A stretch of DNA of 64,000 nucleotides from Myxococcota bacterium (GTDB taxonomy: Bacteria > Myxococcota_A > UBA9160 > JAFDDA01). A program made the translations under genes and the position numbers. This document shows, in pieces, positions 8,744 to 17,696 of the stretch. The stretch is from positions 160,001 through 224,000 of the forward strand of contig OZ245817.1 of assembly GCA_965228475.1 (NCBI GenBank), given 5' to 3'. Each line of letters starts with the position of its first letter. Within the stretch, counting starts at the first letter, position 1. The notes under the pieces are model-generated. The model saw only the letters and a list, made by a program, of their open reading frames with translations. It ran no database searches and had not been told where the DNA came from.

Positions 8744-10435
8744 TCAGCCCTCCCGGCTCGGGAGCCGGATCTCTTCGACCAGGGCCTGCACCTCCCGCGG
8801 CGGGGGCGGCGTGAAGCGCGTGATCGTGAGAGTGACGGCGAAGTTCAGAAGCATGCCGAGGGTCCCGATGCCCTCCGGGCTGATGCCGAACCACCAGTCT
8901 TCGGGACCCCCGCGGCCGAGGATCTTGAACCAGACGATGTAGCCCGCGGTGAAGCCGATGCCGGCGACCATGCCGGCGATCGCGCCTTCCTTGGTGACGC
9001 GCTTGCTGAACACGCCGAGCACGAGCACCGGGAAGAAGCTCGCCGCCGCGAGGCCGAAGGCGAAGGCCACGACCGCGGCCACGTAGTCTGGTGGGTGGAT
9101 GCCGAACCAGCCCGCCACGAGCACCGCGGCGCCGGCGGCCGCGCGGGCGTAGAAGAGCTCGCGCGCCTCGCTCATGCCCTGATTGAAGATCGACTTCATG
9201 AGGTCGTGGGAGACCGAGGAAGAGATCACGAGCAGGAGGCCTGCGGCGGTCGAGAGTGCCGCGGCGAGCCCGCCGGCCGCGACGAGGGCGACGACCCAGG
9301 CCGGGAGCTCGGCGATCTCCGGGTTCGCGAGCACCATGATGTCGCGGTCGATCTCGAGCTCGCGCGTCGCCGGGTCTTCGCCGTACTGGATCAGCCCGTC
9401 GCCGTTGCGGTCCGTGAAGGTGATCAGCCCGGTGGCTTCCCAGTTGCGGAACCACTCCGGGGCTTCCTCGACGGGCCGTTCGTGGAGCGTCTGGATCAGG
9501 TTGACCCGCGCGAAGGCCGCCACGGCCGGCGCCGTCGTGTAGAGCAGGGCGATGAACAGCAGCGCCCACATGACGCTCCAGCGCGCGAGCCGCGCCGACT
9601 TCACCGTGTAGAAGCGGATCAGCACGTGGGGCAGCCCCGCCGTCCCGACCATCAGCGCCACGGTGATCGCCAGCATGTCGACCATCGACTTCTTGCCGGC
9701 GACGAAGGCGCCCGTGTACTCGGGGAGGCCGAGATCGCGGTGGATGCCGTCGATCGCCTCGAGCAGGAACACGCCGGCCCGCTCGCCCTCGACGAGCTCC
9801 GAGCCGAAGCCGAGCTGCGGGATCGGGTTGCCCGTCATCTTCATGGAGATCGCGACGGCCGGGATCCAGTAGGCCACGATCAACACGCAGTACTGGGCCA
9901 CCTGGGTGTAGGTGATCCCGCGCATGCCGCCGAGGGTCGCGTAGAGGAAGACGAGGGCCATCCCGATGTAGACGCCGGTGTCGATGTCCACTTCGAGGAA
10001 GCGCGAGAACACGACGCCGACGCCGCGCATCTGGCCCGCGACGTAGGTGAAGGAGATGAAGATCGCGCAGACCACGGCGACGACGCGCGCGGCCTGGGAG
10101 TAGTAGCGGTCGCCGACGAACTCCGGGACGGTGAAGCGCCCGTACTTGCGCAGGTAGGGCGCGAGCAGCAGCGCGAGCAGGACGTAGCCGCCGGTCCAGC
10201 CGAGCAGATAGATCGTCCCGTCGTAGCCCATGAACGAGATCAGGCCGGCCATCGAGATGAACGAGGCCGCGCTCATCCAATCGGCGCCGGTGGCGAGGCC
10301 GTTCGCGATGGCCGGCACGCCCTGGCCCGCGACGTAGAACCCGCGCGTCGTCTGCACCCGGCTCCAGATGGCGATGCCGATGTAGAGGGCGAAGGTCGCG
10401 CCGACGATCAGGTAGGTCCAGCTCTGGATGTCCAC
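8744..10435 (-). CDS. Sodium:solute symporter, ActP-like (TIGR03648 type)
   Basis: GLATGADWMSAASFISMAG, GTAGLPHVLIRFYTV, GGLAAALSTAAGLL; many TM helices. Confidence 0.92.
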   Translation of the reverse strand: MDIQSWTYLIVGATFALYIGIAIWSRVQTTRGFYVAGQGVPAIANGLATGADWMSAASFISMAGLISFMGYDGTIYLLGWTGGYVLLALLLAPYLRKYGRFTVPEFVGDRYYSQAARVVAVVCAIFISFTYVAGQMRGVGVVFSRFLEVDIDTGVYIGMALVFLYATLGGMRGITYTQVAQYCVLIVAYWIPAVAISMKMTGNPIPQLGFGSELVEGERAGVFLLEAIDGIHRDLGLPEYTGAFVAGKKSMVDMLAITVALMVGTAGLPHVLIRFYTVKSARLARWSVMWALLFIALLYTTAPAVAAFARVNLIQTLHERPVEEAPEWFRNWEATGLITFTDRNGDGLIQYGEDPATRELEIDRDIMVLANPEIAELPAWVVALVAAGGLAAALSTAAGLLLVISSSVSHDLMKSIFNQGMSEARELFYARAAAGAAVLVAGWFGIHPPDYVAAVVAFAFGLAAASFFPVLVLGVFSKRVTKEGAIAGMVAGIGFTAGYIVWFKILGRGGPEDWWFGISPEGIGTLGMLLNFAVTLTITRFTPPPPREVQALVEEIRLPSREG

Positions 10436-10439
10436 GCGG

Positions 10440-10733
10440 CTAGTCGTCCCACCGGCGCTTGGGCGCTTCCGGCGGCGGCGGCATGCGCCGCTCGAGCCGG
10501 TCCATCCACACCGCGTAGATCAGGACGAGCACCACGAAGATGACGATCGCGCCCTGTTGGGCGAACCAGAAGCCGAGCGGAAAACCGCCGAGCTGGAACT
10601 CGTTCAAGGGGCGGACCCAGAGAATCCCGAGTCCGAAGGAAGAGACGAACCAGACCACGAGCAGCGAAAGCAGCAGTCGCAGGTTGGCGCGCCAGTAGGA
10701 TCTGGCGGCGCGGTCGTGCTTCGCGTCGCTCAT
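10440..10733 (-). CDS. DUF4212 small subunit of SSS transporter (TIGR03647 type)
   Basis: YWRANLRL, GGFPLGFWFAQQG; directly upstream of the SSS gene. Confidence 0.9.
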   Translation of the reverse strand: MSDAKHDRAARSYWRANLRLLLSLLVVWFVSSFGLGILWVRPLNEFQLGGFPLGFWFAQQGAIVIFVVLVLIYAVWMDRLERRMPPPPEAPKRRWDD

Positions 10734-10769
10734 GGGCGCTTGCGGAAGGGAAGCGAGGAGCCCGCGCGG

Positions 10770-10801
10770 AACTGGACCGTTCTCTCGAACGGACCGTTCT
10801 C
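10770..10801. promoter_or_regulatory. Candidate tandem operator upstream of the DUF4212-SSS operon
   Basis: GGACCGTTCTC repeated at 10774-10784 and 10791-10801; palindrome GAACGG-A-CCGTTC at 10787-10799. Confidence 0.45.
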
Positions 10802-10822
10802 GCGCGGGCGATCCTTGGATCG

Positions 10823-11074
10823 CTAGTTGCGGCGCTTCTCGAGAGCCGGGTTCACGCGCAGCGGGCGTCCGCCGTAGTCGCGGCCGTCCAGCTCGGCGAT
10901 GGCCTTGTCGACGCCAGCGTCGTCGAGCTCGACGAAGCCGAAGCCGCGGGATCGACCCGTCTCACGGTCGGTAATGACGGAGGCCGAAGCCACCTCACCG
11001 TAGGTCGCGAACAACTCCTTCAAGTCCGCGTCCGTGGTGGCCCAGGGGAGGTTGCCGACATAGATCTTCTTCAC
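10823..11074 (-). CDS. RRM (RNP-1) RNA-binding protein
   Basis: RNP2 IYVGNL, RNP1 RGFGFV, DRETGRSRG. Confidence 0.95.
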   Translation of the reverse strand: MKKIYVGNLPWATTDADLKELFATYGEVASASVITDRETGRSRGFGFVELDDAGVDKAIAELDGRDYGGRPLRVNPALEKRRN

Positions 11075-11414
11075 AAACAGACTCCGCCCGAGGCGTTCAT
11101 CCTGCGGGCTTTCGGTTGGTGCGCACCCGCTTCGAGCGAACGCAACACCGACGATCGAACCGCACGAGCCCCGTGCTCGTGCAGCGCACTCTGGAACCGG
11201 ACCGTCTGGATGGAGGTTGACTCGACCGGAGCAGGCAGTTTCCTGAGGGCTCGGGAAAGGCTAGGGCAACGCCCTGCGCACTGCCAACGAGGGGGTGCGC
11301 GGGGAACTGACCCACCAATCAATAAGGGCTCTTCGCCGGGGGCCGGCCGTGCGCACCGGCCCCGGTGAGGTGCGGCCGGTGCGCCAAAACGGCTCGGTGG
11401 GTCTCCGGGTCCGC

Positions 11415-11660
11415 CTAGGTGAGCCGGCGGTAGCCGAACAGGAGCAGCAGCGCGCCCCCGACGGAGATCGCGACGCTTCCGACGTTGAAGCCGGTCACGG
11501 TGCCGATCCCGAGGAAGGAAGCCAGGAACCCGCCAACGAAGGCCCCGGCCACGCCGATCAGCATGGTCACGACGAGGCCGCCCGGGTCCTTGCCCGGCAT
11601 GATCCACTTGGCGAGGGCGCCGACCAGAAGCCCCATCAGAATCCAGGAAATGATGCCCAT
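11415..11660 (-). CDS. GlsB/YeaQ/YmgE family stress-response membrane protein
   Basis: MGIISWILMGLLVGALAKWIMPGKDPGG. Confidence 0.92.
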   Translation of the reverse strand: MGIISWILMGLLVGALAKWIMPGKDPGGLVVTMLIGVAGAFVGGFLASFLGIGTVTGFNVGSVAISVGGALLLLFGYRRLT

Positions 11661-11724
11661 CTCGTCCTCCGAAAACGCTGCGCGCTACGGCGTGCCGTGA
11701 CGCAGCGGGAAAATTGCACCCGGA

Positions 11725-12105
11725 CTAGCCGTGGCGGCGAACCACCATCACCTCGTAGCGGCCCTTCGGGCCCACGGTCCAGGAGGCGAACCAGCCGGTG
11801 ACGCCGACGATCAGCGAGGCGATGAGCGCCGAGCCGAGGCCCGCGATCCGGAAGTCCTCGAGCAGCCACGCCACCAGGCCCAGCATGCCCGCGTTCACGA
11901 CCCAGAGGAAGAGGCCGAGCGTGAGCAGCGTGATCGGTAGCGTCAGGAAGATGGCGATCGGCCGCACGAAGGCGTTCACGAAGCCGAGCAGCAGGGCGGC
12001 GAGGGCCAGGGTGCGCGCGTCGGCGATCTCGACGCCGGGGACGAGGCGCGCGGCCAGCCACAGGCCGGCGGCCGTGATGGCCATGCGCAGCAGGAATCCG
12101 AGCAT
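11725..12105 (-). CDS. Phage-holin-family (YvlD/DUF360-like) 4-TM membrane protein
   Basis: LGFVNAFVRPI..LTLPITLLTLGLFLWVVNA; GGAG RBS before MLGFLL. Confidence 0.85.
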   Translation of the reverse strand: MLGFLLRMAITAAGLWLAARLVPGVEIADARTLALAALLLGFVNAFVRPIAIFLTLPITLLTLGLFLWVVNAGMLGLVAWLLEDFRIAGLGSALIASLIVGVTGWFASWTVGPKGRYEVMVVRRHG

Positions 12106-12119
12106 GGGGCGTCTCCTTC

Positions 12120-12473
12120 CTAGCCGAGTGCGAGGGGTGCCAGCAGGGTGAGCCCGATCGCGGCCTCGAAGGCGATGCCCCCGAAGTTCTTGGCTTCGCG
12201 GCTCGCGTCGACGACGGCCGAGAAGGCCCGGCCGGCCGCGGCGCCGAGCCACGCCAGCCCTAATACGGTCCAGACGGCCGGTTGGTTCATCGCGAGCCCG
12301 CAGGCTCCGAGGGCGACGAAGAAGCCTCCGTAGGTCGCGCGGATCTCCGAGCGGCCGACGAGGCCCACGGGGGCCATGCTCGTGAAGGCCGCGGCCTGGT
12401 CCGGCCGGAGGAGCCCCAGCAGGCCGAGTCCGAGGGTGAGGACCGAACCGAGGATGGGGAGCGTCTCGATCAT
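12120..12473 (-). CDS. DUF4345-like membrane protein
   Basis: SEIRATYGG motif, 4 TM; GGAGG RBS; ATGA overlap with upstream gene. Confidence 0.75.
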   Translation of the reverse strand: MIETLPILGSVLTLGLGLLGLLRPDQAAAFTSMAPVGLVGRSEIRATYGGFFVALGACGLAMNQPAVWTVLGLAWLGAAAGRAFSAVVDASREAKNFGGIAFEAAIGLTLLAPLALG

Positions 12474-12874
12474 GCTGCCTCCCGTGCGAGCTGGCGCCAG
12501 GCGACGGCGCCGAGGGCGAATCCGCCGAGTTCGGCGGCGTGAAGGGCCAGGCCGAGCGGGGCCGGGACCCCGACGATGAAGCCACTGACGAAACGAGCGA
12601 GGGCGAGCCCGCCGAAGGTCAGGAGCTGGAGCGCGAGGGCGGGCCGGTACCACGCGGGCCGTCCGGCCGAGATCACGAGGAACGCCGCGACGCCGAGCTG
12701 GAGGCCGCCGTAGACCGCGCGCACGTCGTTGTCCGCGGTCGCGCCGGCGAGGGAAACGTCGACGTGGGCGGCCATGGCGCTCGGCGCCAGCAGGAAGGCG
12801 AACCCGATCCCGCCGAAGGCCAGCGCCGAGCCGAGCAGGACGAAACGCGTCAATCGCTCAGCCGGCGAAGGCAC
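12470..12874 (-). CDS. DUF4345-like membrane protein
   Basis: NDVRAVYGG motif, 4 TM; start uncertain (12874 or 12886). Confidence 0.75.
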   Translation of the reverse strand: MPSPAERLTRFVLLGSALAFGGIGFAFLLAPSAMAAHVDVSLAGATADNDVRAVYGGLQLGVAAFLVISAGRPAWYRPALALQLLTFGGLALARFVSGFIVGVPAPLGLALHAAELGGFALGAVAWRQLAREAA

Positions 12875-13268
12875 CGCAGATCGCACCCATCAGCACGAGA
12901 TAGATCGCCCGGTAGCTCATCTGGATGACGTAGAGCGTCCGGCTCCAGCCGGAGAAGAGGGCGTCGGAGAGCATGGTCATCGCGACGATGCCGAAGCCGA
13001 GCAGCGCGCCGAGGGCCGCGCCCGCCAAGGCGGTGGTGGTTCCGGTCGCGACGACGAGCAGGTCGACCGCGACGGCGGCGACGAAGCACGAGAAGATGCT
13101 TCCTCCCATCGCGGTGCCCGAAGGCGCGAGCGTCTCTTCCGTCTCGCCGAGTTCGGCCATCCAGGCGGGGCCGAACAGGGCCGGGGAGTACCACGCGGCG
13201 CCGAGGCCGCCGGCCACGACGGTCGAGATCAGGATCGCCAGGGGGTGCAGATTCGACAGGTCGAACAT
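12858..13268 (-). CDS. DUF1761 family membrane protein
   Basis: LGAAWYSPALFGPAWM; GGAGG RBS before MFDLSN. Confidence 0.8.
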   Translation of the reverse strand: MFDLSNLHPLAILISTVVAGGLGAAWYSPALFGPAWMAELGETEETLAPSGTAMGGSIFSCFVAAVAVDLLVVATGTTTALAGAALGALLGFGIVAMTMLSDALFSGWSRTLYVIQMSYRAIYLVLMGAICGAFAG

Positions 13269-13317
13269 GGGGCCTCCGTTCGGCCCGGATGGGCTTGCGT
13301 TCGGCCCGGGCACCGTA

Positions 13318-13839
13318 TCACGGAGGTGGCGCGGGGGTCTCGGGCGGGCTTCGCCGGAGGCCGAGGGCCAGCAGGCCGATCCCCGCGAAGATCAGGACGT
13401 CGGCGAGGTTGAAGTACCCCGTGCGGAGGATGCCGTACCCGACGCTCACGAAGTCCGTGACCGCGCCGTGGATCACGCGGTCGAGCCAGTTCCCGATTCC
13501 GCCGCCGGCGACCAGGCCGAGCCCGACGGCCATGCGCGGGGTGGTGAGGGGGTCGCGCAGCATCCAGAAGCACACCAGGGCGAGGGAGCACGGCACGGCC
13601 ACGGCGAAGATCCAGAACCGCGCGTCCTCGGGGAGGCCCGCGCCGAAGCTCATGAAGCCGCCCGGGTTCGGGACGAGCGCGATGCGAACGAAGTCGGAGA
13701 GCCAGGCCATCGGCGGCGACCCCTCGAGCCAGCGGATCGCCGCGAGCTTGGTGGCCTGGTCGGCGACCGCGGCGGCGGCGAGCGCCGCTCCGAAGCCGCC
13801 GAGGAGCGGGGGCCTTTCGGGAAGGGGAGCCTCCGCCAC
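13318..13839 (-). CDS. lspA: Lipoprotein signal peptidase (signal peptidase II)
   Basis: DQATK, NPGGFMS, GGGIGNWLDR, VTDF, FNLADV. Confidence 0.9.
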   Translation of the reverse strand: MAEAPLPERPPLLGGFGAALAAAAVADQATKLAAIRWLEGSPPMAWLSDFVRIALVPNPGGFMSFGAGLPEDARFWIFAVAVPCSLALVCFWMLRDPLTTPRMAVGLGLVAGGGIGNWLDRVIHGAVTDFVSVGYGILRTGYFNLADVLIFAGIGLLALGLRRSPPETPAPPP

Positions 13840-13842
13840 CGG

Positions 13843-15198
13843 CTAGCCCTCCGCCGGTTCCTTGACGATGGCGTCGCCGACCCGGATGGCGCCCCCGCGC
13901 AGCACGCGCGTGTTCACGCCGCGAAGCCGCATCGCCATCCCCTCCGTCGAGTTGACGAAGCGCATGGCGTCCTTGCCGAAGCGCCGGACGAACTTGATGC
14001 AGCCGGCGTGGGGTTCGGGGGTGACCTCGACCTGCGCCGGTCCGATCGTGAGTCGGGTTCCGGGCGGCAGGTGCTCGCTCGAGAGGTCGAAGTCCACGTA
14101 GAGCTGATCCCCCGCCAGGGGCCAGTGCGCCTCTTCGCCGGCGATCAGGGCCGCCGCGCGCGCGTTCATCAGGGTGAGCTGCGTCTCGGGGTGGGCCTGG
14201 CCGTCCGGGCGCTTCGGGTTGCCGCGCCGCTTCCAGCAATCCCCGACCAGGCCGACCTCCGCATCGAGCTCGGCCGCTTCGACGACCTCGCGCGCTTCGG
14301 GCTCCGGCCGCCGCACGATCAGGCGCAGCGTGCCCTCGGCGCGCGGCGAGCGCCGGACCTCTTCGAGCCCCGCTTCGAGCTCCGCGGTCGGCCGCGGGCG
14401 GGGGAGCGTGGACTCGTTCGGCATGCTCGGTTCTCCCGTGCGCTCCGCGACGTAGCGGATGAAAGCAGCGACTTCCTCGGCCGGCGCCGGATCGATCGTA
14501 TCGTCGGTGCGCCAGCTTCGCGACCGATCTGCGAGGGCGCGCCACGCAGCGGGTAGGTTCTCTCGTGCCCACGCGACCGCGTCGGGTTTCGTCGCGAGCG
14601 TTCCCGTCTCGGCGGTGTGGAGTGCGCGACAGAGCGTCTCGAAGACGTAGGCCTGATGGCGCCGCCGCCCTCCGAACACCTGCGGATCGTCCGGGTGCCG
14701 GCTCCAGACGAGCCACTCCCTCGCGCGCTGTCGCGCAGCTCGTGCGAGTTCGTCGGGGGGTAGGGGCGGAAACCACACCGTGGCTGGCGGGCCGAGCAGG
14801 GCGCGTCCGTGTGTGTGCAGCGTCGCACGCTCGAAGATCCAGTTCGCTTCGTGCGGGAGCCACGCGAGGGGCTCGCCCCGAGCCCGGGTTGCGTGGAGTT
14901 CGCCGGGTGTGAAGGTGCGCGCTGCTTCTCGGTCGAAGTAGACGCACTCGAGGTGCCAGCCCCAGGGTCGGTGTTCTCGGGAGAGGTCTTCGTGCCAGAC
15001 GGAGAGCGCTTCGAACTCCGCTTCGTCGATGCGCCGCTGCGTCACGCATGCGAGGTCGATGTCGCTCGTTGCCGGATCGAACCCGCCGGTTGCCAGGGAG
15101 CCGCGCAGGTAGAGGCCGAGGACGTTCTTGCCGAGCCTGCGCTGTACGCCCTCGATGCAGCTCGAGAGAAGCGCTTCGACCTCAGGGGGAACGTGCAC
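13843..15198 (-). CDS. In-frame fusion: AadA-like nucleotidyltransferase/DUF4111 domain plus MOSC domain (second possible start at 14424)
   Basis: YLRGSLATGGFDPATSDIDL, TKPDAVAWA; C-terminal LAGDQLYVDFDLS, PHAGCIKF, LRGVN; no stop between the two parts. Confidence 0.75.
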   Translation of the reverse strand: MHVPPEVEALLSSCIEGVQRRLGKNVLGLYLRGSLATGGFDPATSDIDLACVTQRRIDEAEFEALSVWHEDLSREHRPWGWHLECVYFDREAARTFTPGELHATRARGEPLAWLPHEANWIFERATLHTHGRALLGPPATVWFPPLPPDELARAARQRAREWLVWSRHPDDPQVFGGRRRHQAYVFETLCRALHTAETGTLATKPDAVAWARENLPAAWRALADRSRSWRTDDTIDPAPAEEVAAFIRYVAERTGEPSMPNESTLPRPRPTAELEAGLEEVRRSPRAEGTLRLIVRRPEPEAREVVEAAELDAEVGLVGDCWKRRGNPKRPDGQAHPETQLTLMNARAAALIAGEEAHWPLAGDQLYVDFDLSSEHLPPGTRLTIGPAQVEVTPEPHAGCIKFVRRFGKDAMRFVNSTEGMAMRLRGVNTRVLRGGAIRVGDAIVKEPAEG

Positions 15199-15200
15199 GG

Positions 15201-16340
15201 TCAGCCCTCTTCTTCGAGGTGGCTTCCCGAGAAGTCGTCGCCGCCGGCAGCGAGCCAGGCTTCTTCCTCGGCGGTGGCCTCGCGGCCGAGCGGGCCGTTG
15301 CGATGGGGGAAGCGGCCGAAGCGCGTGATCACCGCGCGGTGTCGCTCGGCGTAGCCGACGAAGTCCGAAAACTGCGGCCGGAGCGCTTCGCTCGCCCGCG
15401 GGACGAGCCGTTCGAAGCAGGCGACCGAGCGGTCCTGGAGCGCGAGGTCTTCGGCGTGCTCGAAGGGGAGGTAGAGGAAGGCGGCGAGCGCCGGGGAGAC
15501 GCGCTCGTCGAAGCCGCGTGCGATGGCGCGCTCCGCCACCTCGGCCGCTCGGGCGTCGCAGGCGAAGGCCTCGCCGCTTCCGCGCCGCAGGTTCCGTGGC
15601 AGCTGATCGAGGGCGATCACCAGGGCGACCGCCGAGCGCGGGGCTTCCTCCCACGCCGCGAGTTCTCCGGACATCGCGAGTTCGGGGAGGTGCGCGAAGC
15701 GCCGGGCGAGGGCGCGGTCGAGCTCCGCGCTGCCGCCGAACCAGAGCCTCACGCGCTCCCCGAAGGCCTCGGCCGAGTGTTCGCAGGCTCCGAACCAGAA
15801 GGAGAGCAACGCCTCGGGGTTCGTCTCCGAAAGGTCGAGCGCCATGTGGGTCTCCGAGGCCGAGCCGCCTCCGGCGCGTAGGGCGTCGGGCTCGGTCCCC
15901 CAGGCCTCGAAGCCGGCACGCTCGTAGAGTCGCCGCGCCGTGACCGCCGTCGAGGCGACGGAGAGGTGGAGCCAGTCGACGCCCTCCATCCCGCGCGCCG
16001 CTTCGATCGCCGCCTCGACCAGCGCCGCGCCGACGCCCGCGCCGCGCGCGCCCGGCCGGACCCAGGCGCCCCAGACGATCGCCTTGTGGCGGGCCTTCAG
16101 GGCGTCCTCGCGCCGGACGCCCATCATTCCGCACGGGCTGCCGTCCGCGTCGATCGCCGCGAAGACCTTCGCGTCCGCGTTCGCCGCGAGGCGTTCGCGG
16201 GCAACGTCCGGGTCGAGCCCGGCGTCCTGCTCGGGCGAGCTCAGGAACGCGAGGGGGGCGTCTTCGAGGGCCTCACGGCGAAGGGCGCAGAACGCCTCGG
16301 CGTCCTCGGGCCCGAGCAGGCGAACCTTCGGAGCGGTCAT
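15201..16340 (-). CDS. Fusion: GNAT acetyltransferase plus DUF924 domain
   Basis: N-terminal VRPGARGAGVGAAL..ARRLYERAGF; C-terminal LSFWFG, LDQLPRNL, FLYLPFEHAE, RFGRFPHRN. Confidence 0.85.
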   Translation of the reverse strand: MTAPKVRLLGPEDAEAFCALRREALEDAPLAFLSSPEQDAGLDPDVARERLAANADAKVFAAIDADGSPCGMMGVRREDALKARHKAIVWGAWVRPGARGAGVGAALVEAAIEAARGMEGVDWLHLSVASTAVTARRLYERAGFEAWGTEPDALRAGGGSASETHMALDLSETNPEALLSFWFGACEHSAEAFGERVRLWFGGSAELDRALARRFAHLPELAMSGELAAWEEAPRSAVALVIALDQLPRNLRRGSGEAFACDARAAEVAERAIARGFDERVSPALAAFLYLPFEHAEDLALQDRSVACFERLVPRASEALRPQFSDFVGYAERHRAVITRFGRFPHRNGPLGREATAEEEAWLAAGGDDFSGSHLEEEG

Positions 16341-16389
16341 CGGGGTTTCCTCGGTGCGTCGGGCTCGCGCGGGTACCGCCGCGCGGCGT

Positions 16390-16797
16390 TCAGCCCGGGA
16401 CGCGGTCGAAGGTGGCGATGCCTTCCGGGACCTGATGGAAGGGCTGCTTGTCGCACAGGTAGATCGCCATCTGCGGCTGGCCGAAGACGCTCGGATCGTC
16501 GAGGGTGCCGACCTTCAGGATCACGGTGCCGCCCATGCTCGGCGGGCGGCTCGCGATCTGGGTTCCGCAGTCGCCGCAGAACTCCCGGGCGACGGGCGAG
16601 TCGAGGTCCGCACGCTGGTAGACCTTCGGCGTGCCCTTCGTGTAGCGGAAGCCCGCGTCCGCCATGCCGAGCGCCATGTTCGGGGCGCCGCCCGAGACGT
16701 ACTGGCACTCGCGGCAGTGGCACTGGCCCTTGAAGACGGGGTCGCCTTCGACTTCGTACTCGAGGTTCCCGCAATAGCACCGGCCGGTCATGGACAT
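16390..16797 (-). CDS. GFA (CENP-V-like) family protein
   Basis: GRCYCG, CHCRECQ, FCGDCGT; GGAGG RBS. Confidence 0.92.
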   Translation of the reverse strand: MSMTGRCYCGNLEYEVEGDPVFKGQCHCRECQYVSGGAPNMALGMADAGFRYTKGTPKVYQRADLDSPVAREFCGDCGTQIASRPPSMGGTVILKVGTLDDPSVFGQPQMAIYLCDKQPFHQVPEGIATFDRVPG

Positions 16798-16869
16798 CGC
16801 ACGTTCCTCCTGGCATTCGGGGCGATGGGCCGATCATACCACCCGGCCGTTCGCGGAGGCGCGGCCCTT

Positions 16870-17328
16870 TCAGTCGAGCCAGGCCTGGAGTTCGACCACG
16901 TTGCCCTCCGGGTCGCGCAGGTAGCACCACTGGACGCGCCTCCCATCGCTCGAGACCGAGGTCACGACCTCGCCGATGGCACGGCCGCCGGCGGCGAGCA
17001 CCTCCTCGCGCGCGGCCGGAACGGAGGGGACGGCGAAGGCGATGTGGCCGTAGCCGTGCCGGTTCGGGGCGTCGTCGCCGGAGGGCTGGTCCGGTTCGTA
17101 CTGGAAGATCTCGAGGGTCGGGCCGTCCGGGCCGCCGCCCGGAAGCCGGAGGTGCAGACCACGCAGGCGCGCCCCGGAGATCGCGGTCGCCGCGTCGAGA
17201 TCCGCGCCCGTGTAGTCGCGTTCGGGCGGGACGGGCTCGCAGCCGAACACGTCCTGGTAGAAGCGGGCCAGCCGATGGAAGTCCGCGGCGATCAGGTTGG
17301 TGTGGACGTAGCGGGCGCCGGCGATCAT
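16870..17328 (-). CDS. VOC/glyoxalase family protein
   Basis: HTNLI, FYQDVFG, GHIAFAV, RDPEGNVVEL. Confidence 0.88.
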   Translation of the reverse strand: MIAGARYVHTNLIAADFHRLARFYQDVFGCEPVPPERDYTGADLDAATAISGARLRGLHLRLPGGGPDGPTLEIFQYEPDQPSGDDAPNRHGYGHIAFAVPSVPAAREEVLAAGGRAIGEVVTSVSSDGRRVQWCYLRDPEGNVVELQAWLD

Positions 17329-17681
17329 CTCGGACCCGAGGAGACGGCCCGCGCGGGCCAGAGCGTCGCGATGCTCGCGCGTCCGCGTTCGTCGACGGTG
17401 CAGTGGTCGAGCACGGTGGCACCGATCTCCCGGGGGCTCGCGTCGTCGTAGCGGTAGACGAGATCGATCACGCGAAACCAGTGGGCGAGGCCGGCCTTGG
17501 ACTTGGCGGCCTCCCGGGCGACCGCCCGCTGCGCTTCGAGCGTGGCCCCGCGCTCCCGCTGGCTCGCGATGAGCACGAAGGAGTTCGCGATCTGGCTGCA
17601 CGCGCGCGGCACGCGAGGGACTTCCGGCTGCCCGCAGGCGGCGAGCAGGAGCGGGAGAAGGAGGAGCGGAGTGCGGGTCAC
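17325..17681 (-). CDS. Hypothetical lipoprotein
   Basis: Signal LLLLPLLLAAC (lipobox); ATGA overlap with the VOC gene. Confidence 0.6.
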   Translation of the reverse strand: MTRTPLLLLPLLLAACGQPEVPRVPRACSQIANSFVLIASQRERGATLEAQRAVAREAAKSKAGLAHWFRVIDLVYRYDDASPREIGATVLDHCTVDERGRASIATLWPARAVSSGPR

Positions 17682-17696
17682 CCCTCGGCCCGCGGT

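Noticed and set aside
11725..12105. Holin-family gene as evidence of a prophage
   Set aside because: This family is commonly chromosomal and no other phage genes are nearby.
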